A stretch of DNA of 41,265 bases from Peribolospora baueri (lineage: Eukaryota). Shown here piece by piece: positions 25,625-35,117 of this stretch; the stretch's first letter is position 1; each line of letters opens with the position of its first letter. Where the stretch lies: assembly GCA_029717555.1 (NCBI GenBank), contig JAMDHS010000129.1:1-41265 (forward strand), written 5' to 3'. Under the pieces are notes generated by a model. That model saw only the letters and a list, made by a program, of their open reading frames with translations, was not told the DNA's origin and made no database searches. A program made the translations under genes and the position numbers.

Positions 25625-27679
25625 TTAGTCTCGGTACTGAGCACAGACACAGTAGATGGGGAAGAGTATAGGAAAAGAGGTCGGGAGACGAAGAAGCGAG
25701 CAAGGGGGCCAACGTCAGTATGGAAGATGCTCGCCCAGAATTAGAAAAGGCGCCATCGACCGACACCCAGTCGCCGCACCAGCCCGAGAACTTACCTTGT
25801 CCATGAATTGCTTGTGGAACTTGGAGATGCGCTCCACGAAAGCGTCTGTCTCCTTCGCGAGTCTGTTGGCATGCCGTCGAGGAACGAGGTGAGCGAGCAC
25901 CCCGGAAGCGACCATTTGAAACGTGGAAGACCACATCGTGGTGAGCTCACATCGTCGTCCTGAAATGGTACGTCCCCTCCACCTGCCCAAAGCCGGAGCC
26001 GGGAACTACGCAGATACCGGTCGCGTCGAGGAGCTCGAGACAGTAAAAGTCGTCCGGCTTCTTGCCGGCCTTTTGGGCCGCCTCGATGGCTCTGCGAGGG
26101 AGACGGATGCGCGGGAACAGGTACATTGCTCCCTGGGCCTCGTTGCAATCCACGCCCTCCATCTGAAGGAAAGCGTCTCGCATCTTGGTGACGCGCTCCT
26201 TCATGCGTAGATGTATGCGCTCCTCCTCCTGCTTGTAGAGCGCGTACGAAGGCTCACCCTCCCTAGGCGGACGTACGAGTAGGTCCACGCCGATTTGACC
26301 CTGCACAGAAGGGCAGAGCTGAATGGAGGCCAACTTGTACACCTGCTCCTCCACCTCGGCGTCGATGTTGACCAGCTCGAAGTAACCTCCCCTACGACCG
26401 CACTCGCCCGTCACACCCTTTGAGATGCTGTGGAAGCTCACGAGCTCCACGCCGTTAGCCACGTCGGTCCTTCCTCCATGCTGTGGTAGAGCAAAGTCGC
26501 GGAGGACCTTTTTAAAGGAGACGAACGGACGCTGCTCGGGCTGGTAGATGTTACGCTGGTAGACCTCGTCAGCGAGGAGGACGAGACGCTCCTCGTGAGC
26601 GAGCAAAACTACCTCGCGCATGTTCTCCTCGCTGAGCGTCGCGCCGGTCGGATTGCCCGGGTTGATGACTACCATCGAGCTGACATCCTTGCCTTCGGAA
26701 CGGGCTTGACGTATGGACTGGCGGATGGAGGGGACGTCGAGCGCCCAGTCACCGGAGGACTCGTTGAGATAGTAGGGCAACGCGTGGGCATCATGTAGAG
26801 CAAGGGTGGCGGTGTAGAGAGGGTACTGCGGAATGGGAATGAGGACGGCGGACGAGGGGGATGCAAGCATGATCTGGAAGAGCAGCGCCACACCGCCCGA
26901 GGCGCCCGACGTGAGGTAGATGCGCTCCGGGTCCGCGGGGTGACCGTCGCGCTCTGCGGGTGGTTCCAGCAGCCGAAAGAGCCCCTCCCCCCTAGTCAGT
27001 CACCAGGAGTTGGCAGACGAGACAAAGGCGCTCGGTGAGTGTGTGTGTGCTCACCCTCGATAAACTCGGCGACGTGCTTGCGAATGCTAGCGGCTCCCTT
27101 GGAGTGAGAGTAAGCGCCGACGGAATAGAGGTCGTCGAGCAGATCTTTGGCGCGGCGCTGAACGTCCGAAGGAAAGAGCGAGGAGAGGAGGGGCTCGGAG
27201 ATGGACTTGACGAGAGAGGGCAGCTCCGTCAACGCGGCGACCTGTGGGGCGAGGACGAGGTGAGCAGAGTGATGAGGGCGTCACGACGCTCGCTCACAGT
27301 AGGGAAGTGGGCTGACCTGGCGCCAGAATGTCAGCGGCTCCTGCTCGAGCCCTTCCTGCTGTGGGTTGCCGATGTTGGCGGTGACGACGCTGTCGAAGGG
27401 CAGCCCTCGCTTGTCACCGCTCCTGAGCCGGGTGGCATAGTCGTTGGCGCGGATGGAGAGCTCGCCGCGGACGGCGTACTGAACGTTGATGACATGCTGA
27501 TTGATCGTGCTCTTGGCCAGGACGGGCTTGCGAGCGGACGAGGAGGAAGAACGGAGAGGGGGCGAGGAAGAGGGCATGAGGGACGAGGGAGACAGGTAGG
27601 CAGTTGTGAAAAGGAGGCTTGGGGTGGTGACCCTGGGACGGAGGAGGGGAAGCGGGACGACGGGGCGGACGTAGGGCAT
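25625..27679 (-). CDS. ALT1: Alanine aminotransferase (PLP-dependent, class I)
   Basis: YAVRGELSIRA, ANIGNPQQ, SVGAYSHSKG, LIPIPQYPLYTA, VVINPGNPTG, LLADEVYQRN, PLP-lysine motif SFHSISKGVTGECGRRGGY and GICVVPGSGFGQ..GTYHFRTT. Terminal exons 25863-25797 and 25636-25625 (YRD*). Confidence 0.95.
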
Positions 27680-27709
27680 GTCTGGGGTGATCTGGAGCCG
27701 GCGGGGGGG

Positions 27710-27778
27710 TTTATATATAGGAGAAGGATCGACTGGACGGTCTTGGATGGCCGGTGGCTGGGGAGAGTGGACGAGTCA
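27710..27778 (-). promoter_or_regulatory. TATA box and Gcn4/CpcA-type TGACTC element upstream of the alanine aminotransferase
   Basis: Minus-strand TATATATAAA at 27719-27710 and TGACTC at 27778-27773. Confidence 0.5.
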
Positions 27779-28198
27779 CGCCGCGGGGGCCCACAGGTCG
27801 CCGCCGACTGACGAGGTTGAAGGCCGGCGCGGCGAGCGAAGATGAGTACGCCGGACAAGGCTGCCCTACTGGCCTACTTCGCTCCAAGAGGTTGTGAGAG
27901 GCGGAGAAGGCGGATGCGAAGACGTGACGTAGTGAAGGCGACAGCGACGAACGACAACGGCCTAGTCGAGTCAAGCAATGCAAAGCAATCCGCAGAATCG
28001 CTCGATCTTCTCTCAAGTCTGCCTGCCGACTCGCTCGGCTCACATGGCCGGCCCCCATCGCTCGACCGCTCAAGTCCGCCTACGTGCGCCCGACGTCGCC
28101 CGGCGAAGCTTCGATCGACGACGAACGACACCGGCATCTCCTTCGTCCCCTCCGCATCGATTGCCTGACCGCCCTTTCCCCCTCGCCTCCTCGCAACC

Positions 28199-28978
28199 AT
28201 GGGCGTGCAGCCTTCCAAGATCTCAGAAGACGAAAAGGCGTATTACGCCGACACTCCGGTTCGGGTGCGCTGGCCGTCAACTGAAAGCACAGGTGGTCGA
28301 GATGGTGACATGACATAACATGACGTGACTGACAATGACCTTGCCCTCCTGTCTTTCCGCTTCTCAGTTCTCGCCTGGCTTGATCAACCACCTAGACGAT
28401 CAGCTCGCCTCGTCCTCTCCCTCCTCCCCAGACGCCGCCCGACAATCCACGCTGGACGCGCACGTCCGCTCGCGTATCCGTTCCGAGCTCGACCGCCTTC
28501 GAGCGCAGGAGGCCGAGGTGCGCGCCGAGATCGAGAGGGCGCTCGAGAGGGAGAATTTGGATCGCGAGCAAGGTGGAAGCGGCGTCGCATCGGAAGAAAA
28601 GCAAGTGGGGGACGAGGCGCGTCGGACGAACAGCGTGATCCTCGCTCGTGACCTTGACGAGATCCGGCGCAAGATCGAGAGGCATCATCAGAAGAGAGAC
28701 CTCGCCTCCTACCCTGACATCAAGGCCGCCCAAGAGGGGCTCGTCGCTTGCTTCAGGGACAGGAAGGGACGCACGCTCGATTGCTGGAGGCAAGTCGACG
28801 ATTTCAAGGCGGCCATCGCTAAGGCAGAAAAGGTGAGCGGGATGAAGCTTGCCGTCGCCTTCTGTGCGCATATATCGCTCATTTGCACGGATGGCTCCTC
28901 TTTCATCTCCCCTACCCTCTTCTCCTTCTCCGCTCCTCTTTATTCCCACTCCAGGACTTTGTAGCTTCGTTTGCTTAG
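28199..28978 (+). CDS. MIC19: MICOS subunit Mic19 (DUF1690)
   Basis: Three exons: MGVQPSKISEDEKAYYADTPVR / FSPGLINHL...RQSTLDAHVRSRIRSELDRL...LVACFRDRKGRTLDCWRQVDDFKAAIAKAEK / DFVASFA*. N-terminal MG and a C-x10-C pair typical of fungal Mic19. Confidence 0.85.
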
Positions 28979-30335
28979 ATCTATGTACAGGATATAGGCC
29001 GGTGGTCCCCGTGTCGTGAACAAGCACATTATTCCGTCTGGTGTGATATGTGGTCTGGAGCAAGGAACGATCGCGAATGGAAGTTGGTTCTATAGAGGCG
29101 AGATCCAAGTGGCCACTTCTACGCTGTATCGTTCTTACTAACGGACCTCACTGGCGTCGTTAAGGTTCCTCACGCCCGTGGCCGAAAGGACGCTTTGTCC
29201 ACTGCACTCGGTCCGTCCCGTTCACTTTCTCAAATCAGTCTTTCCCCCACGGCAGACACGCCCGAAGGCGAAGGAGTACAGCAAGTCTACTTGGAGCCTT
29301 TCTTGCCGGAACCGTTCCTAGTCCACTGACCGATCCCGGATATTCCGAAACTGGTTAGTCAAGAGCCCCTCGAGCGCCCCTTCGCTGCCGACGTCTGTGC
29401 TTTGCATGTTCAAACAGGCCGTAGGTCGCTTTGCCTCGTGGACAGTCCGAAGTCCCACTTTGGACCTCTTTGGAACAAATCTGGCCGCAGCCCTTGGCTG
29501 TCAGAAAGGCAGGCAGTCTAGCATGCGGGTCCTGTCCAGTGAGTGCTCTGGGTCGCAATGAGAAGCGGACGGTATCAGAATGCCACGCCAAGATGTCGGA
29601 GTAGATATTTCGCACCTGTATATCCGCCAATGTCCGATATCTCCGATTTCCCGACCTTCCTACATGCACAGAGCGTCGTTTTTCGTTCAGACGGACATGG
29701 TATCGAAAGAGGGCGGATAACACCAACTAGTGCAGTTTACGTTACCATCTTCGTCTTGTCTGTTGCCTTGGGCCCCTACTACCTTTGTCCTGCCTACCAC
29801 CTGTCTTCTTCCTGCTGTGCTGGACGGCGTACGGCCGCGGCTGTGCGCGTGTTGGGGTGTATTTTTAGGCCCATCACGTGGGCGTAGAAGAGACTTTTTT
29901 TTGTCCTCGGGCTGACACTGCCTTTTCAGGCACGTTCCGTGGCAGATCCAGGATCATCCCACATTGTCTCCGACTTATCGTCCATCGGTAGCCGTCCGAG
30001 TGAGGCGGATTTGCAAATTGGGAAATTTTTTCTCTTTCCTCTTCAGCAGCAGGTACAAGCGACGTCGTGCAGCGCTCGGGTCTGCAAATACTTAAAGCTC
30101 TCGCGATAGACAAGAGCGCGCCGCTCTTTTCTCACTCTCGTTACTATTGTCCTCCTTACCACCCCTTTTTTGGCGTCTCCCTTGAGTCTTCTTACCTCTC
30201 TCTATCAGCCCACAAGTCTTCGGCAGAACAGACATCGAGCTTCGAGGTCCTAGCGGTCAACCACTCTTAGCCTCCTTGCACCTAAACTCACCGTCGACGA
30301 CGCCCGTCACGTTCACCCCTCTCGATACCACCAAG

Positions 30336-30416
30336 TTGGCTACCTCCAAGCGTCTCGTCCTTGCGCGGTCTTCCAGCGGACGAATGATAGTCGCTGGAAC
30401 CAGGAAGCCCCCATAA
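30336..30416 (+). promoter_or_regulatory. Candidate regulatory uORF ending Arg-Lys-Pro-Pro-stop in the Mg2+-ATPase leader
   Basis: accaccaagTTGgct (A at -3, G at +4) at 30336 opens (M)ATSKRLVLARSSSGRMIVAGTRKPP*. An in-frame weak-context ATG at 30384 gives MIVAGTRKPP*. TAA at 30414-30416. Confidence 0.4.
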
Positions 30417-30447
30417 GGTTCCCCCAAGAAAGTGAAAGACCTTCCCG

Positions 30448-30595
30448 GTAAGTCAGTCACTACCCGCTGGCTTCCTCATCGAATCCTCCTCGCTTACGCT
30501 CCCGTGGACGATCTTACCCTTTCGCGGTTCGCTTAATCCCCCGCTCCATGGTTAAAGGCACGTTCATGGCAACACTAATCCCCTCAGCACCTTAG
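30448..30595 (+). other. Putative 5'-leader intron of the Mg2+-ATPase gene
   Basis: Perfect donor G|GTAAGT at 30448, branch-like ACTAAT at 30574-30579, and candidate acceptors at 30587, 30595, 30610 and 30614. Confidence 0.5.
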
Positions 30596-30807
30596 ACTCT
30601 CCCGCTCTAGACAGTTCCTTTTCACCTCGCGCCCGCCTAGATCCACGTTCGTAGTAAAGTCGGATCTAGTTCAAGACGTTCACCTTCGTCCTCGGCCGCC
30701 TTCGTTGTCCCGACTGGCTTCGTGTCAAGCCGTCCACCTCCGGTAGCGATCGGCGTCCTGCTCACGCCTTGGACCTAGCCGCGCTTGACGGCAAGCTTGA
30801 CGCCGCG

Positions 30808-33800
30808 ATGATCATCCAAGGCGCCTCGTCTAACTTGGAGGACAAGCCTGATCCTCGCTCGCCCGAGGCTGCGTCTCCTTTTGCCCTTCAGGACGACGCG
30901 GAGCCTAAGAAAACCTTCAAGTTTTCTGCCTTCCGCCGTCAGCGCGCTCCGGCCGTCTCCGACGCAACGGTCGTCTCCGCTCTGTGCAAGTTTGCCGCGG
31001 TTTCTGCCCAGGAGATGTTTGCTCTGCAGCCGCCGTCTCGTCCCGTCGGTTTGTTCGAATCCGAGGTACAAGACCTTCGCGCCAAACATGGACTTAACGT
31101 GCTCACCGTCGGCCGCCAATCTTCGACCATGCACCTGTTGTTCTTCGCCGCTGTCACGCCGTTCAATGGAATCCTCATCGTTTTGGCCGCCACCGCAATC
31201 GGCACTGGCGATCATGCCACCTTCGCGGTCATGCTCATCATGGTTGTTGCAAGCACGATCTTGCGCTTCGTTCAGGAAAAGAAGAGCACCATCGCCGCCG
31301 CACGCTTGGTCGCAGACAACGTGTCCAGCACATGCTACGTGCTCAGGAAGCAGGGCAGTCCGACCGCTGCTCGCATCGGCGAGTTCGAAACGGAGGAAGG
31401 GGCCATCGTGATCCCTCGAGACCAACTCGTACCTGGCGACGTGCTTTGTCTGGCTGCCGGCGATGTGGTACCTGCCGATGGCGTCGTCATCTCGTCCAAC
31501 TCCATGCTCGTTAACCAAGCAACGCTGGTATGTCACCATCTCATCGTCCGCGTATATTCGCTCGACTCTGCCACCTAACGCTCAGCACGTTCGTTTTGGC
31601 AGACCGGTGAAATCTTCCCAGTGGAAAAGGTCCCCAAGCTTTCATCCCTTCCGCCGAACGAGACGCCTGATCAAAATGGTGACGAATCGCCAGAAGGAGC
31701 TCAGCTGGACGTCATCTCTGCGACTAGTATCTGTCTGTCAGGTACAAGCGTTGTCAGTGGAAGCGGTCGAATGCTCGTTCTGGGAACAGGTGACAGTGAG
31801 TGACTTCCCCTCAACTCTGTGATCTCTGCCTAGTGTCGGCTTCGCTGACTTGCACACCCGTTTCAATTCCACATAGAAACATATATGGCTTCCATTGCGG
31901 GTGCTCTGGCGGGCAAGCGTGTCCCGAACTCTTTCGAGCTCGGGATTCGCCGAGTGTCATACGTGAGCCCATGCTCCCATCAGCACAGGCTTGACCAACT
32001 GTTCCATTCTGATATGACGGATATGATATGACCCTTTTCGTACGGCGTTCGTCCAGTTGCTCATCATCTTCTGCGCTGTGATGACGCCCATCGTCTTCAT
32101 CATCCAAGGCCTCGTCAGCAAAGATTGGAAGCAAGCACTCTTGTTCAGTATCTCTGTTGCCGTGGGACTCACGCCCGAAATGCTGCCTATGGTCGTCAAT
32201 TCGAACCTGGCAATCGGAGCGCTCAAGATGGCGCGTGATCGGGTCATTGTCAAAAGACTCGATGCGGTCCAAAACTTGGGCGGGTGCACCGTCTTCTGTA
32301 AGTACTGTAGATGGCGGACAGAGACTTGGGGTCGGGACCTCACATATCCTTCCATCGTCTCCAGGTTCTGACAAGACAGGTTCCCTCACAAAGGACGAAG
32401 TCGAGTTGGTCACCTCTGTGGACGGTCAGGGCAAGCCGTCATCGCTCGCCTTGCGCCTCGCTTTCATCAATGCGCACTTTCAGACCGGATCTCGGTCTCT
32501 TCTTGATGCGGGTATCGTCGGCGCCCACGACGAAGTGATTGCTAGCGCGGGCATCACAGATGGCCGGGATGCACTGACGCAAGACGTGTCTACACTAATG
32601 GCCCGCGGGGAGGTGCCGTTCGACAGCGCTAGAAGGCTTCTCACCGTCGGAGTCGTACCCACCGACGAGGCAGAAGGCAAGAGCGTGTTCCTCATCACTA
32701 AGGGCGCCGTCGAGGAGTTGGTGTTCCGATGCACCACCGTCATTACCGAAGACGAGGCTGCCACCGCAAGCGTGATTTCTATGCCGCGTTCCAAGCTCCT
32801 CACGACAGAGACTCGGGCTGATCTTCACCGGACGGCCGGCTCTCTCAACCGGGAAGGTCTCCGTCTCGTAGGCGTGGCCGTCAAGGCTTCCGTCTTCTAT
32901 CCTTCAATGGGTCTGACGTCCGAAGATGAATCAGATCTTTGCTTCGTTGGCTTCCTTGGCTTCCTCGATCCGCCGAAACCGGACGCCAAAGACGCCATTG
33001 ACCACTTCCGTCGCTGGAATGTTGATGTCAAGATTTTGACCGGCGACTCTCCTGCCGTGGCTGTCAAGGTGGCTCGCGACATTGGTCTTCTGGACGCTTC
33101 GTTGCCCTTCCCGGACGTCGAGCGACCAATCGATGTCGAGACGTTACTCGAGGCAGACTCGACCAAGCCGTCCGTGGTCACAGGCAACGATTTGTGTCTC
33201 ATCAACGATGGCGACGAAGAGGTAGCGCGCGAACGCATGCGCACCGTCGTCCAGCACGCCGTCATCTTTGCTAAATTGAGTCCGCACCAGAAGCTCGAGG
33301 TGGTTGACGCTTTGCGCTCTCTCGGCCACACTGTCGCCTTTCTCGGCGATGGCGTCAACGACTCGTTGGCGTTGCGCCGAGCTGATGTAGGCATTGCCGT
33401 CGATGCCGGCACTGACATTGCCAAGGACGCAGCGGACATCATCCTGCTCGAGAAGAGCTTGGCCGCTATTGGAAAGGGCATGGTGTTCGGCAGGGTCACC
33501 ATGGTCAACACGCTCAAGTACATCAAGATGGCCGCGTCGAGCAACGTGAGTCCATCCAGGATTGCACTATGGCACGTAATGCTGCTGATTCCCGGCCGTC
33601 TTTCCCGTACCCAGTTCGGCAACGTGTTCTCGGTTTTGGTCGCCAGCGCGTGGCTTCCGTTCACCCCAATGGCCCCGCTGCAGCTCTTGGTACAGAACCT
33701 TTTGTACGACTTTTCTCAAGCCAGCATTCCGTGGGACAATGTAGACAAAGAGCTGCTCGAGATGCCCAGATCATGGGGGGCCGGCTCGATAGCCAAGTTT

Positions 33801-34341
33801 ATGATCGTATTCGGCCCCACGAGCTCGGTCTTCGACATTTGCACCTTCTGTCTAAACTGGTGAGCATTTGATTATGAATGATCTGTGAGCGGCACTGTAC
33901 TCACTTGGTCTTTTCAGGTTCTTCTTCGGCATCCGCACGGGCGACTCGCCCTTGGTTCCGCGCGCCCAAACGCATTGGTTCCTCGAAGGACTCCTGACGC
34001 AGCTCTTGGTCGTCTATTCGCTGCGCACGCCCCGGATCCCTTTTCTCCAAAGCCGGCCTTCCATCTCAGTCCTCGCAACTACGTTGGGCCTAGGCGCCGT
34101 AGGGGTTGCGATCCCGTGAGCTCGGTTCTTTCTCCCATCCTCCATCTACGAGACTTGCTAACAAGGTGGTCTTCCTCTGTGTGATTGCAGTTTCATCCCC
34201 CCCATCGCGAGTGCCTTCTCGATGATGCGGCCCGCAGGCATCTTCTTCGCTTTCCTCGTCCCCATCTTGTCGGCCTATCTGGTCCTCGTCCACATCGTCA
34301 AGCAGATCTATCTGCGCATCTGGAAGGGAGAGTGGATTTAG
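30808..34341 (+). CDS. mgtA: Mg2+-transporting P-type ATPase, type P3B (MgtA/MgtB-like), 8 coding exons
   Basis: P3B-diagnostic strings LRFVQE, VAVGLTPEMLPMVVNSNLAIGA, VIVKRLDAVQNLG, CSDKTGSLT, FLDPPKPDA, KILTGD, FLGDGVND, YIKMAASSN/FGNVFSVLVASAWLPF.PM.PLQLLVQNLLYDFSQ..IPWDNVD, FGPTSSVFDI, QTHWFLEGLLTQ..V...LRT.RIPFLQSR and C-terminal VKQIYLRIWKGEWI*. Intron donors at 31528, 31796, 31963, 32299, 33546, 33860 and 34116, all joining in frame. Confidence 0.92.
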
Positions 34342-35117
34342 CACCGTGGGGTTTCAATGCAGACACAAGAGTGGAGTCCGCCAACAATCTCCTACCTAAC
34401 GTCCACCTGTAGGGTATGTCCAAGTGGTTCTTGGAGACCACACATCTTGGGGCGGTACTGCATGATTCTGCAGCCTGCTTCCAACAAAGTTTTCAACTGT
34501 TCTCTTCTTCGTCCTTGACTATAATTTCGTCGTTCAAATTCTGCTTCTGTAGCTGCCCAGTCACCCTATGGTTGTCCAGCGTAGTGAACGCTAGATCGCT
34601 CGTTATGTGTGCACCGGCAGCTTGATCCTTCTAGTTGTTCCGAACCTGGTACACGGGTGTCAGGTGACTCCCTTCTATTACGTATATAGCAGGGATCTCA
34701 CTCCCCGTATCAGGATGAATTTATCTTTCCTTCCCCCATCTCACGTACCATTAGCAAGCGCAAACTCCCCTTGGCGAAGGCCTCCGCTCCCGCGATCATG
34801 CCGTTCACCGTCGAGATGTAACTATGCCGTGATCAAGAGCCTCTTGAAGAGGACTAAGAGCGGGATCTATTGACAAAGTGTCCATGTTGAGCTCCAATGG
34901 TCTCAGCACGGATTGCCGGGGACATAGCTTCCCATCCGGGTTCTCGCGTTCCGCGACGCCGTGTAAAAGGTGCCTCTGCATGTGATCCTAGACACGGTTC
35001 GGAGTCCCCGCATATACGTTTCACGCTCGCCGAACCTCTCTTTGATCACGACTGCCACTCGGTCTCCTCGCTTTCTTTGTCAACCTTCCCATCTAGACCG
35101 GCGACCGTCTTTATTCT

